A stretch of DNA of 64,000 nucleotides from the human T2T-CHM13v2.0 reference genome, Homo sapiens, in NCBI RefSeq assembly GCF_009914755.1, contig NC_060928.1. One strand, written 5' to 3'. The notes under the pieces are model-generated. The model was not told where the DNA came from. It saw only the letters and a program-made list of their open reading frames with translations, and did not search any database. Position numbers and translations under genes: made by a program. Shown one piece after another: positions 15,435 to 29,398 of the stretch (position 1 is its first letter; the number at the start of each line of letters is the position of its first letter).

Positions 15435-16008
15435 AATATTATTTTGTTTTGCATTCTGATATATAAGTGAGTCAAAATTGCCTCTTTGTGGCCCTGGGAT
15501 ACTTATTTCTTCATTGCAGGCTGAGATCCGTAACTAAAAACCCACCACTGCCAAATTCAACATTTTATACATTAAGGCACTTTAAAAATAGACCAAAAAA
15601 AGAGACTTTTAGCCATTTAGACCCTACTTGTTTTGAATACCTTATGTAACCTCAACCAAAATCTGATGGGAATAAATAAGCTCAGGGCTATATAAAGATT
15701 CCAAGCTGTCATTGCCCTTCTGACAATGTCATTGCCCCTCTGACCCTGAGACTCCCCACCATGCTACTGAGTGACATCACTTAAACCTATCAGCCTCCTC
15801 TCTAATCTTCTTCTACACCCTGGAGTCCGCTCACTCAACTCCTCTTCTATTTGCCCCCACCCCATAGCCTCTGAATAGATCAGCTGTGAGGGACTCCCCT
15901 GCAAATCAGCTTGTCAAAGCACTGTCCCATAAAGCTTGTGTGTGCTACTGCACACACATGGTCTTATATTTTTCCTTGATTAGCCCTCAAATCCTGAAAC
16001 ATCTTATA
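15435..16008 (+). mobile_element. Old ERVL-class solo LTR (MER54/MER73/LTR53-like group)
   Basis: TATA-like gctatataaaga, cataaagcttgtgtgtgctactgc (polyA region), tttttccttgattagccctcaaatcc. Family assigned from memory. Confidence 0.6.
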
Positions 16009-18064
16009 CATGTTTATAATAAATGAAAAGATGTATTCTGATTAAACAATATTTTAAACATATTGTTGGATTTAATTTGCTCCTATATCCACCACATTTA
16101 AAAATGATTCATTAATTCAGTGAAAACCATTCTGCAACTTGTTTGAAACCATGTGAAAACAAAATCAGATTTACCTATAAATGTTTTCTTTATTTTAAAA
16201 GCTATTATTGTATTATTGTATAGACATAAATGAAAAGCCAAAATTTACACCTTCTAGTCAACAAATGTGAGCAGTCCAAAACCGAGTTAAATAAATAAAT
16301 AAATAAATAAAGCAGGGAGAAAATGATCAGAATCCATTCTTGATTGCCTAAGGAATAATTAAATTACCAGCTCGCCCCTCCTTGTTGTTTATACTAGAAA
16401 ACACCAATTGAACTTTAAAATTATTCTCATAATTTGATATCACCTTCTGTAGCCTGTGAAATCCCCTCTCTTTTTCAAAACGCTGTTAATTTTTGTCTTC
16501 TTTATGCTATTGCACTATGTGCTTCTTTTATAACATCATACTTTACTATATTGTAGTTTATTTTTTCAAATTTGTTTTCTGTATCAGGCTATGACTTCTG
16601 GAGGTGCTATGTGTTATCCATCTGTTTTTCTAAATACCTTGTACAATTCATATCACATAGTAGGCTCTAAATAATTGTTACATAAATATTTCAACATAAA
16701 ACATCATTATATATAATGACATATATATACATATACACATATAAAAGTATATTATGCAAAAAACAAGAGCCCAGGGGTTACAATTTGCTCAGTTCTAACA
16801 AGTGAGGGCTTGTCATGAAAATGCTGACATGTCACATTCATGTCAGCCATTTGTATTTTAAATATAAATCTCCTTCATTATGATCTTTAAAAATTTGGTT
16901 TTGGTTAAGTACAGTCTGGAAACTAAGTATGGAGAGAAAGAAAACCAGACCAAGGTTATTCAAATATATTTGAAAAAATTAATGTGACTTGTTAAGAATG
17001 GCATTTATTCTTTTTAATTTTTTGTATTGTGATTAAAATAACATTATGTTAAACATAGATTATATACAGTCCAAGGTAATTGATAGTTGCACTGCATCCT
17101 TAACTAAAAAAGTGATATCATGCTTCCAAACAAAGTTTGTAACATATAAAAGAGAATAAACTTGCATATACAATAAAGTAGCTTAGTCTCATCTCTCTTT
17201 TCCTAACACATTCAATATATGCCACACAGTGGACTTTAATTTCATTTTGAATTACATATGAGCAGGTAACATTATAATAAATATTATTAAAGTATTATTG
17301 ATTGAACCTAGATACCAGAAAATTGGCTGGAAGTTGGTTGATCAAGTAGATATCAAGCTTAAAAACTGAGAAGTGACTAATAATTGCATTCCTGTAGAAT
17401 GTGAAGGGTGTTACAAACATCTTGTTTACTGGGAAACACAAGTGTTGGATTGCACTGGAATCATTCAATTAAGTAGAAAGAGGCATTTAAATGCAAAGAG
17501 AGAACTTACTTAAAAATAAATAAGCCACAATTGTAGGAACTAAGTTTTGGAAAGCCTTTACTTTGAAATCTTCTTAGAATTAATATCTGAATTGCATGAA
17601 ATAAGATACGAGAAGATAATAAGAAAGAATAAAGGGAGATTTAATGTTAGAATATAAGAATTAAAATTCATAAGAGACTATCAAAAGATATAATCAGTAA
17701 AAAGAGGTAAGATAAAATATCACATTTACACTAGGAGAAACCATTGAGCATACTTGTTCACAAGATAGGGACAAAAACGAAAAACGTGAGTAAAAATTTT
17801 ATCATACTTAAGGCCATATGGAGTTTTACATTTAATAAGTGCTTTCTGAATATGAGTCATGGAGCTAAAATTCGACAGACATTATACTATTTAGACCCAC
17901 AATAAGCTGTTTGGAAGAAACTTCTATTCACTCGGTTTCATTGAGAAGGAAGGTGAGCCCCCAGGAGATTTAAAACACTATTGGAGTTACATGACTATTG
18001 AACCAAATTAAAGAATAGTAGGACTTGATACGAAACATTCACCATGGGGGCCATTCTTCTAAAT

Positions 18065-18245
18065 ATTGCCCCAAAACCTTGACAAATTATATTGTCTAAG
18101 TTTTATATTTCCCATATATCAAAGGGAAGAGTAATAGTTTCATATTCATAAAATTGTTATGAGGATAATTAGATAGTGGTGAAAGAAATTGCAAGGACCT
18201 AGAAGATAATACATTCACAAAATGTTATTCCTATTACCATGATTA
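18065..18245 (+). mobile_element. MIR SINE
   Basis: accttgacaaatta...aaattgttatgaggataattagata. Confidence 0.55.
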
Positions 18246-18416
18246 TTATAAATTTCACCCTAGCTCTTCTCCTTATTGGTCAATATTCTTTGTGAACGCC
18301 TTTTCATATCATAGATAAATGTAGAATTTTTATATACAATTATAATGGCTTTTATTTGGACATATTATTTCATGCTGCATTAAACGGATGTTTCACTATC
18401 TGGTCTGAGGATATGA

Positions 18417-18767
18417 TGACTCTTAGCCCAAGCTGCACCATTTTGTAAACCCCCGCCATTTTGCAAACCCAGGTCAGAGTGGAAAATTCCCCTAGGGCTC
18501 AGGCTGTGAGAAACATCCTGCCGGGCAAGTCCTAAGCCCAACCGCCTGATCTCAGGAAATTCCTCACTTAGCAACAGCTAACCACCCTGCCCACCCCACT
18601 TCACAACAAGCCCAGATCTCTCCCACCCGGACCTAAACTTACCCAGTCTGTAAGCGGGGGCGGGCTCTGGCCTTAGTTGGTGTCCCCCTCCGCGGGTGTT
18701 TGTTCGGTAAACCTGTGTTGCTGTAGAGCCGCCTCCGTCCGTTTTTCCTCCCGTTCCTGCGCTAACA
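18417..18767 (+). mobile_element. ERV1 solo LTR (MER48/LTR21-like), CpG-rich
   Basis: TG...CA termini, exact 4-bp TSD atga, cccaagctgcaccattttgtaa, gtgagaaacatcctgcc. Confidence 0.82.
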
Positions 18768-19659
18768 ATGACATTATACCAAATGTAACTGGTAAGCATT
18801 ATTCTTTGAAGAAAAGTAATTTACGATATTGTAAGAGGGGCTTCAGTTAATGCGGGGGTGGGGGTGGGGAATTAGATATGGCGGCCTGACATCATTTTAA
18901 TATGTCTGGCACAAGACTGAAAATATTTGCCAAGAAAATGGTTATATTTTTTGATCTTGACAAATTATATTTCAAGTTCAGCTGAATTAAATCCCTGCCA
19001 AAAACAAATACAAAAGCAACAACAACAGCAACAAATAACAAGAAAACAACAATGGGCTATTTTTAAAAACAAGCAAGACAACCTTTAAAAATATTGAAAA
19101 AATAATAGAGCAATTCATAGTTGCAAACATAGCTTTTAATATAAAGTATATTATAAAGCTGCAATAGTTCAGGGACTATGAAATGTCTAATAGAGTCAAC
19201 AAGTAAACTGATGCTAATATAACCCTGAATAATCCATAAATATGATGTTTAGCATTTGGAAAATATAATTTTATATGGTTATTTAATAAGTTGTTCCAAG
19301 ATAATTTATGAATTATTTGCATAAAATTATGTTAAATCCATGAATCACATCATTTATTGAAAATAAATTTTATTTAAATGTAATATATGTGTGTATGTGT
19401 ATAATATGAGGTGTGTGTTCTTGTGGGTGTGTATGTGTGTGTACTATTATACCATTAGGGCAAGCTCTAAAGACAATCCCTTAATTGGGATTTGAGACAT
19501 CCTCACCCTAAAAGAAATAGATTTCTTTTTTATTTTCTGCTGAATCAAATAAGATTATGAACTATTTCCTATTGTTTTGAAGCAATACGCTAAAAATCAT
19601 CTATACAATTTTCTATCCTCTTTTTTTCTGCCGATATAATTACTATGCTGAATTCTATT

Positions 19660-20090
19660 TTGCTTTTTCTCTTTAGTTTTGTGATGGTTTTCATGACTCT
19701 GTGTCATGAAAGAGCGTATTAGTTTTACTTGATTTTATATATTGACATATGTTGTGTCTATTCTTCTGTGACTTCCATTTGGGCTTAAATTATTTGAAAA
19801 TTCATCTATGTTGATAAGTGTAGTGGTCAGTGAACTGATTTTCACTGCCTTAGTAGTATTATGATATACAAATGTGCATGTTGTTTATCCATATTATAAT
19901 AATAGTGGAAATGTTTTACATATTTTGTTATGACAGCAATCCTCTAAAGATCTTTTTGCACTGTTCTATACTTCCAATAATTTGTTTTGTGTATGTACCA
20001 ACATGTCAAATATCAGGGTAAAGGATATTTGCTCATTTAACTTACATAGTTAACCCAAATTGCAACATCTGTTTGTGCTAATTTTAAAAG
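19660..20090 (-). mobile_element. Ancient L1ME fragment
   Basis: tttgaaaattcatctatgttgata, gtttatccat; antisense L1 3' UTR-like. Confidence 0.5.
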
Positions 20091-20225
20091 GAACTTTATA
20101 TAATCGAAGTCGTTTTGTAAAATGACTGCCCAAACTCAACTCATAGATAAGGGAATTTTATTTTTAGAAACAATAGCCTCCAGAAAAATAGCTTCCTTCT
20201 AAAAGTAGTCAAATGCAAAACACAA

Positions 20226-20500
20226 GCTAGGCATAGCTCATCTCTGTAATTCAAGCACTTTGGGAGGCAGAGGGGAGTATAGCAATGTAGCAATGTAGCA
20301 AGACACCCCTATCTCTCTAAAAATTAAAAAAAAATTAGCGTTGCATCGTGGCACGCACCTGTAGTCCCAGATACTTGGGAGCTGAGATGGGAGGATTGCT
20401 TCAGCCCTGGAGGTTGAGGCTGCAGTGAGCCATGATAGCGCCACTACACTCCAGACTGGGTGAGAGAGCAAGACCCTGTCGCAAAAGAAAAAATAAATAA
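20226..20500 (+). mobile_element. AluJ with internally deleted left arm
   Basis: gcactttgggaggcaga, then TAGCAATG repeats, intact J-type right arm and A tail. Confidence 0.9.
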
Positions 20501-21863
20501 ACATTTGTTAAAACATTTAAAATAATTATATAAGACAAAATAATCTGTAGATGTATTTTGGGAATATATTGATTCTTACTATTTTTCTCTAAGTCCTGAA
20601 GAGCATAGGTTCAGCTTAGCTTTGTTTTTTAGAAAAAATCTTTGTGTTACATTTTTGAATTGCACAAAATTGCATGATGCTTTAGCTTAACGCTAACTGA
20701 ATTTCCCAGCTTGTTGTTCACCTTACATTTTTAATTGCCTTTTCTATCTTTCTGTCTAATTAGAAGATTGTTTCTTCTCTTATGGAGTTTTTTTTTTCAA
20801 AAAAAATTAATAAAACATTTTGTTTTATTTTTCTTAAAGACATCTTTCAATGAATTCATTTCATCCTTATCCGAATTAGACTGCTTCACCTCGATCCTGC
20901 TAATTAGCTGCCACTGTGCCATTTCTTGTCTTTGGATTAGATCTGCTGTTTGCCTACCTCTCTTTTATAGATATCATGTTTTGTGATGGTGGTGTTTTTG
21001 TTTTGTTGTCTTTTCCTGTGTTTGTTGGAAAGGGGATGGATAGAGAGAAAGAACTGTTTGTTTTGTTCTTATGGTCCACATACCTGAATAATTTTTATCA
21101 GAAACTTTTTGTAAGAGGTAAACTTTCCATATCCTCAGCAATGACACATGACACATTTTATGACAAAGGAGATGTCAGCAGAAATACTGTATTTCTCAGA
21201 AAGTTTTGCTTTTGCTTTACTGACCTTGCTCAGTGGCCATCTTGGGACTGACAGTGAATAAAATGGCAAGAGAAACTGGAAAACCCTGGCATTTATATGT
21301 TTGAGCTGGTGCATCCACTCTGAACTCCCAATACCCAAAAGTCTTGTTATTTGATAAAAATATAAAACATCTGTGAGTAGTCACTATTACTTGCGCTTTC
21401 TATTATGTGTGAAAGAATAGAAATCTAATAGAGACAATGTATATATGAGAGTGTGGGTGAGTTATCTATGATATGTTACATGTATATATGTGGACAGATC
21501 AATATGGAGCTATAGAATGTGAAAAAAATACCAAATGATGTATTTTTAGTTGTTGACATCGATTACTTTTAAATGATACAGGAATTATGTCAGTTGGACA
21601 GAACTTCACATGAAATGGTGCATGATACAAATCCTTAAGAATGTGCGGGTCAATGTCCCGTAGTAGTGAAAGGGGTAACTGAATATCAGCAAGCACTTGG
21701 GCAATGTAGCCAATGGCATAGTGAGTAATTTTCCAGTGGCTGAAAAAAAAATGGAAATCAGTAAAATTGAACATCAGGAAGTCACAATGCATATAAAACA
21801 ATATAGGAAAATGCATAAATAAAAGCTCTTTGCTTTATAAGTTTTTTTTTTTTCAAATATTGC

Positions 21864-22748
21864 TAATGTAGGATTTTTCTCAGCTCCTTTGTCAGACTCA
21901 TGACAAGGGTGAATGTTTACTCAGCCCACCGCACTCAGCTCCTTGCAGGAAGGATCACATGAGCAAGCAAGGGCAGGACCCAGCCAGCCACTCCGGGCAC
22001 TGGTGGGAGCAAGCTGTGTGTGGGGCCCATGGCCAGACCAGGTGTGAGTGAGCAAGTGTGGGATCCAGCCAACCACTCTGGACACTGGTGGGAGCGAGCT
22101 CCATGCAGGGCCCATGGCAGTGCCAGCTGAGGATGCCTGTGACCCTGGAACCCCAGAGGGAGTGTTACAGTCCTCTCTTAGCTCCTCTGTCTGTTGATGG
22201 CTATGTGTTAACAGCTCAGTTGGCTCCTTACCTCATCACGTGGGGCAACTGCCCTCCACTGGCAATGGCAAAGGGGTAGTGTGACAGCCTTTTTGGGTAC
22301 CTGCACTCAGTGGGTACCAAGCTCTTGTCAGGCATCCAAGGAGAATGAGGTCACAAGGACACTTGAAGGATGGTGAAGGCAGATAATTTTACTGAGCAGT
22401 GGAAATGGCTCTCAGCAGAGAGGGGAGCTGGAAAGGGGACAGGAAGGGCAGGTAGTCTTTCCTGAAGTCAGGTGGTCTTCTCCCCTATGTCTGGCTATCT
22501 CTTCCCCAAAGTCAAGCCATCTCTTTTCCCCAAAGTCTAGGCATCTCTCCTCTGAAGTCAAGCCATCTCTCCTCTGTACTGACAGAGTCTGGGGTCTTCA
22601 GAAAGAACCAATCGGGAGAGAGTGGGCAAACAGGAATGGAAGTTCTCACTTTGGGCTGTGGGTTTCATGCTACTTTGGCTTGAAGGTGGGCTTTCACTGG
22701 GGACCCACCCCTGTCTGCCTAGAATTTCTCTGCCTCCTACCTCTATCA
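21864..22748 (-). mobile_element. ERV1 solo LTR (LTR27/LTR28, MER52-LTR1 group)
   Basis: Minus strand starts tgatagaggtaggaggcagagaaattctaggcagacagg and ends aaaaatcctacatta. Exact 4-bp TSD ttgc. Confidence 0.85.
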
Positions 22749-22858
22749 TTGCTTTGAGTGTTCAACATTTCCAGATAAGCCCCAAAAGAGAATATCATTC
22801 CCCTGTGGTTTTACAAGTCCATTCTTCCTCAAACTCCAAGGATAAAATCACTGAAATA

Positions 22859-23202
<344 letters not shown>

Positions 23203-24689
23203 CTATTTGTGTAAGTAATAAAACTTCAAAATTTATATTAAATTTGCATGAGACTCTAATAATATATGTTATTCTAACTTGTAAAATGGAAGGAAGGAAG
23301 GAAGAAGGAAGGTTTCTTGTGAAGTTGTAGTTTGGCTGAAAACAATTACAAATAATTTAATTATTATGATTTGGAATAATGATACTTTTAGCTTGAATGT
23401 TCAATTTAGCTTTAATAATTCAGCAACTCTGCAATCTCCATCTCAGTGCAGTTCTATCATTTTCAAATTGTAAAGGCCAAGAATACTATTAAATGTATTG
23501 ATTTTCATCTTTACTTACAGATATATGAATAGCCTCTAAAACTGACAAGCAAATAGGGTTAAAATTGCTTCCTACAAGAAAGCACAGAAGGAAAATGCTA
23601 AAGCCAATGAAAAACCAAAAATGTCTTTGATAACACCTCAGTTACTCTACAGGATAACTAAGCCTCAGAACATTTGCCAATTCACATAAATTATCTTTGG
23701 AATGTTCTAACCTTTGAAATAAAATGAAAATAGTTACTAGCTTTATCTACATGACATGACTGGGTTTCTTTTAGCATGCAAAGTAACAACAGAAAAAACC
23801 ATATCTGATAGCAAAATTCTTACAATAATCTCAATCTCTGCATTAAACTTGGGGGGGGGATTTGCATCTTTGTATACAAAATCATTTATGGGCAAAGTTT
23901 CAAAATAAATGAGATGTAAATTCTATGAATTTCATTATGTTACTAAATTGGAAACCAGTTACACATATAGAGGCTTAGGTGCACTGAGTTGAGAAATAAT
24001 GCAGAGACTACACATTATATTGCATGGACATTTTCTACCCTTCATTTTTTGAAGAGGAAGATGATATTTAAGTTGGGTTTAGAGTTGAAAAAATTGTCTA
24101 GTGCAACTCACATAGTCTATTTTACTTGCATATGTTTCACATTTGTCCTTTGGTGGGTTGCTTGTGTTTTGAAGAGTATTGAAATTATATGAGTTTTTCA
24201 ATTCATATTAAACCTAAAACATATTTCTGTCTCCAGTAAGCTTCTCTGTTGATCATAACTGCCCAACAAAGTGAGCAGTTTGAACCATTCGTTTTCAATA
24301 ACCAATAATCTTGGGCATATTGTGAAATCCTCTATTTTGTTTTGTGTCCTCTCCACCATCCCCAGGAAAAAAAGTTCCATTTATTAAATATAAAATAATT
24401 GAGTGTCTGAATGCTGAACATTCTTCCTGAGTATCTTAGCATTTTATTTGTTTGGAAACACATTTTAATGTCGTTGGTAAAGAAAACATTTCTCAATTAT
24501 TCAGAATTTAATTATGGGTCATCTTGATCTAAGGTGATATTTCATAGACTCATTTATGATAGTGGTGCAATTATACAAGGCATCTGTGTGACAAATCTCA
24601 TAGATATGCAGAGATTAATGTATAGCATAAAGATCGGTGGGCTACGACTTAGGGAGTCCTGAGTAATTAGTATAGTGCTAATTATTACC

Positions 24690-24830
24690 TTTTTTCTTTT
24701 TGAAAATTTTAGTTAGAGATCTGGCTTCTGTCTGTTGCCCAGGCTGGTCTTGAACTCCTTGGCTCAAAGCAATCCCCCTGCCTCAGCCTCCCAAAGTGCT
24801 GGGATTACAGGCATAAACCACTGCATCTGA
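24690..24830 (-). mobile_element. FLAM (Alu left monomer), probably inside a MIR
   Basis: gttgcccaggctggtcttgaactcc...cccaaagtgctgggattacaggc. Confidence 0.85.
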
Positions 24831-25589
24831 AATATAAATTTTTTTTTTGAGTAGCAGAGCCTTTATTTGTATACTTTCTGATAGGTACTACAGCACTGAT
24901 TATAATTCACAAGTTTGATGTGAATAATATGTTGTATAATATATGCAAATATTTATGCAATTTTAAAGGGGCTTTATAAATTCCACCTTTATTAATGCAA
25001 TCATATTTATTAATTTTTTTATTACTATTTATACTCATTAAATTTTTGGACATTAGCTTGAAACCATTCTTTCACTCTGATGGCTTTCCATGTGTTTTAA
25101 TAATCATAATAATTTTAATCATTAATAATTTATCAATGTGTAGTGCTAAAAGATTTAGAGATATATAAATCAGTATAGTAAAGTTGATATAAATATATAA
25201 ATACGTATATACTTTTTGTTTTTTTACTGTAGGCTTTTCCTTTTACCATTATTAGGCAAATAATCATTGTGATTTACTGTCATTTCTACAAATCCAAAAC
25301 AATAATTATATGCAATCATAAATTGCTCAATAAGACTAAAATTCTATTATTAAAGTAATAAAATTGAGTCACTTAATTCAAGCCATATATTCACTGAACA
25401 CCTGCTATGTGTAATGCACTCTGCTGTATACTTGCAAACTTCTAAGCTTTATGAGGATTATATGCTAACTTCTTTGTACAAAACTATCTCCTATTTCAAA
25501 TTTGTTCTTATCATCTTTTATCCTTGCATTAACATGATGAAATTGGATTTTTGTTTATATTCTCACTTTTTGAAAATCTTCCAGTATCA

Positions 25590-26027
25590 TGTCAAGAAAC
25601 TTTGAAGGATCTGAGATTTTAGATTACTTCTACACTAATAAGTTAGCCATGGTTACTGGACGAAGAGGCAGAACTTACAGAGACAATAACTTTATTAGAG
25701 CACCATAAGCTTATGAGTATCGTGTTTGCCTTGGTCCCATCCTCTTTCTCCAGGTCCCACGAGAATAACACAGAGGTGTCTACTTGATACTGCACATGCA
25801 ACGTTTTTGCTTCACAACTGATTAATTGCAATGTTACAGAACCTGATTCTTTTGCAGTAGGTTATTTAGCAGATCTGCCCTTTTGCCCGAAAGGAGAACT
25901 ATTTCTGTCTTCCAAGGCTATCCTATACAAATAACCTTGAAAAGACAATCTAGAACAAAGACAAACCAGTGCCTCTGCTCACAAACATGCAAAAACATGA
26001 GACATCATGAAGAATTGTCTCCCACGG
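25590..26027 (-). mobile_element. LTR40-like ERVL solo LTR
   Basis: Minus strand gggagacaattcttcatgatgtctc...gagcagaggcactg...aaaatctcagatccttcaaagtttcttgaca. Confidence 0.75.
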
Positions 26028-26149
26028 TATTATATCTTGAATTTTGAAAAGAGAAACATAATGCTATCTGAATTTATGTTATGCTTCTATTCAGATATAC
26101 TAATACATGCTGCTGTAATAAGGAGTCCTCATTTAAGTTACTGTGTCCA

Positions 26150-26360
26150 AAATGAGTTTCCAGTGGTCCTCCATCTTGATACATGCTCCAGTATCACTTA
26201 TACAGAAAGGGTGGACATGGTAAGTCACTTGCTCGCTCTTAAAGCTTCTTCTTAGAAGTAATATGACTACTTTCATACATATTCATTTGCCTCAGCAAGA
26301 CACACAGTCATATTTAGCTTCCAAAAAGATTGGAAAGCACAATTTTATCATGTCCTGGAA
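26150..26360 (-). mobile_element. Old MLT1 (I/J/K-like) LTR fragment
   Basis: gctcttaaagcttct...agaagt...cattttgcctcagcaag-type text. Confidence 0.55.
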
Positions 26361-27769
26361 ACTGATCAACACTAATTGCAAGTCTACATGTTCATGGAAG
26401 GAAGAGACAACTCTTAGGTTTGTAATCAGATCTTACAAACGTAAGATCTGATGGCACCAATTTTTTCCAATGTGATGTTTTCATAGTAGTCAATAGAAGA
26501 AGAGAAACAGAAGGCAATTCCGTTTGGGAACAGGATATCTTCTTTAAGAATGAGAAAATGGTGTCTTCCTTGCCAATTATTTTCTCTGCCCATAGAGCCA
26601 CAGGGCTAAAACTGCTTGCTGGAATAATGTGTAAAGACCGCAAAATAGTCAGCTCTTCACAAAAAAAGTATTGTAATAGATATCATTCTGCTATCATTCA
26701 GCTCTGATAACATAATCTCATTTGCTTTCACTCCAACATGCTACTCACTGTACTTCCATACACTCTCACCCTCTCACCTTGAAGAAATCTTTGAAAATAT
26801 TGTTCAAAACTGTGGCACCATTCTGAATTCCAGTCCTTGACTTAAATCAATTTTCAAGAGCATTAGATAAGCAGAGGTCTTGTCTTAGTTTTATATGACA
26901 ATGTAATGAAATTTATTGAACCACTTTGTCTTAAATATATAAACAGAAAAAATAGCATAAAAATGAAGAGTTGGAAAATATAGGGATCATTACTAAACTG
27001 ATGAAAAGCTATTCCTCAGACACATTTTATAGAGTTGAAAAGATTTCAAAATTGCTAAATAACTGTAGCAAAGACAGTGCAAGTTTGAACAATCTGTAGC
27101 ATAATGAAATGTCTCAGATATTAAACACAAATGAAAAAATGCATTTTGTTTATTAAATGTAGGATTTTGCATATTAAAACATTAAAACTGTCTGTTATTA
27201 TTTTGTTTAAATTTGGGGAAATTCCTGGCTTATCTACAGGAGAAAATTATTACACAAATAATGCAGTATACTTTAAAGCAAGAAAGAATCGTTTTTTGTT
27301 CTTTTAAAATTTGTTGACTGCTGGAAGAATAATGAGATAAAGTAATAATGTTTTTCAGGTTTATTGAGGTATAATTACATAGTAAAAATTACATAGTAAA
27401 AATTACATAGTAAAATATACATAGTATATTTAAGGTGTTCAATTTCATGTTTTAACGTAGGTATACATTTTGAAATACCACAATCAAGTTCTAATATATA
27501 TTTTAGGCTAGGAAGCAAGAGTGGAAAATGAAACATATTTAGTTCTCACTGAGTATCCCAGGGGATTCAGGATTATAATGCTCAGAGAAAGTAGTGGGAG
27601 CTATAAGCACATTGAACTCATAGGACAATAGCTCAACTTCTGTGAAGCTCAAAGCCTACAACTCTAAGGTAAACATTTCTAGTCATGTGTCTATCTTGGG
27701 CTTCTTTTGTCCTATCTTCTCTTCTCACTCATCCTTCTTGCCTCATATCATTCTCAGTTACATGCTTGC

Positions 27770-27888
27770 CTGCCTTCCTACCCTTCTACCCTTCCTTCTC
27801 TTCTTTCTTCCTACCTTTCTTGCTTCCTTTCTTCTTCTCTCCTTCCTTCCTTTCCTTCTCTCCTTTCTTTCTATTTCCATTTCCTTTT
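27770..27888. repeat. CT-rich low-complexity tract
   Basis: ccttcctaccttttcttgcttcctttcttcttctctccttccttcc. Confidence 0.85.
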
Positions 27889-27927
27889 GCAAGATCTTGT
27901 CCTCATCTGCCACTGCAGTATTTCTAG

Positions 27928-28416
27928 TGTATTAGTTTTCTCTTGCTGAGCTAACAAACTACCAAAATGTGGTGGCTTAAGACAGGAAACATTTATTATC
28001 TGATGGTTCTGGAGGTCAGAAGTGAAGTGAAATTCACTGGGCTGAAATCAAGGTGTCAGCAGGACTGCATTCTTTCTAGAGTCTGTAGCTAAGAATCTGT
28101 TTCTTTGCCTTTTTCAGTTCCTAAAGGTTATCCACATTCCTTGGTTCATGGCCATCAGTGAGCAATTACATCACAGCAACCTCTACTGCCCTTTGGTACA
28201 CCTTCCTCTCCGACTGTAATTCTCCTGCCTCCTTCTGTCAATTATATAAAAAAAAAAACCCTGTGATTTCATTGGGCCTATCTGATTCATACAGAATCAT
28301 CTGCTCACCTCAAGATTCTTAACCTACTAATATCTGCAAAGCCCCTTTTGTCATATTTACAGGTTCTAGGAGTTAGGATGTAGATGTCTGTGGTAGGCTG
28401 TTATCCTGCTTACCAT
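27928..28416 (-). mobile_element. MLT1D-like MaLR LTR
   Basis: tgtattagttttctc...aaatcaaggtgtcagcaggactgc...caggttctaggagttaggatgtag. Confidence 0.85.
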
Positions 28417-28469
28417 GTCCAACAAATTGCCTTAAGTCAAGATTCTCCTGAAAAAAACAGAAACAACAG

Positions 28470-28511
<42 letters not shown>

Positions 28512-28534
28512 ATCTATCTATCCATCCATCTATC
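28470..28534. repeat. (TCTA)n tetranucleotide microsatellite
   Basis: About 10 perfect TCTA units followed by variant units. Confidence 0.95.
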
Positions 28535-29398
28535 GATTGACCTGTTTCTATTCTATAGCTGTTTCTATTATTCTATAATCTATGTCTATTCTATAGCTGT
28601 ATCCATCTGTAGAGACATTCTGGATACACTACTTCTGAATAATACTATCTTCCACTAGATCTTACTCCTATAGATGGGTCAAAGTCTGTGAGGTGGTCTG
28701 AAGTCGTAGGGTTCTCCTGAGTACTTTCAGCACTTAATACACATTGTGTTATCCACACAATAGGGGACAAACTATTATTCTGCCATTTACAGACATGTAT
28801 CAAAGTAGCTGATGTCACAGCATCATACAGAGTGCTAATTGAATAACAGCCTATTTTATTTTTCATGTGTGCCTCTCTTTCCATAATAGGACACAAGGGT
28901 TCATGGGTGGTTAGCCTCAAAGACAAATATTAGTGATGAACATCATGCTGTACTCAGAATTGCTTCTCTTGACTGATAATGAAAGCTTTTTCACTAAGCC
29001 ACGCTTGACTGCCTGACTCTTCCATTATGATGAGCCCTCTCCCAGGATGCTCCTCAGGGGTTTATTACAGTTGACTTCTGGATCAGGCTGCCAGACATAT
29101 AGAGACACGTCTGAATTCCACGTATGAACAGAGCATAGACTAAAGCTGTAACACCTTATCGTCTCCCAGGCTGCTTCCAAGCTTCTGAAAACTGGTTTTG
29201 CCCCTAAAACCTTAATACATTGTAAAATCAACCCTGTTATGTTTGAATCATAGCATTTTAGAAAAATGAAATAGTGATTTTGATGCTACTGCTTGATAAT
29301 ACAGAAAAGTAAATGTCTATGCAAGGACATGAAGTACTTATATTTTTAAACTTTAAAAAGGGAAGTAACCAGACATTGGGCTTCCTTGTCATTTAAAG

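Noticed and set aside
18853-18870. G-quadruplex candidate gggggtgggggtgggg
   Set aside because: Only three G runs and no supporting context.
28620-29200. Possible ERVL internal fragment or processed pseudogene
   Set aside because: I could not recognise a convincing motif in any frame, so it is left unannotated.
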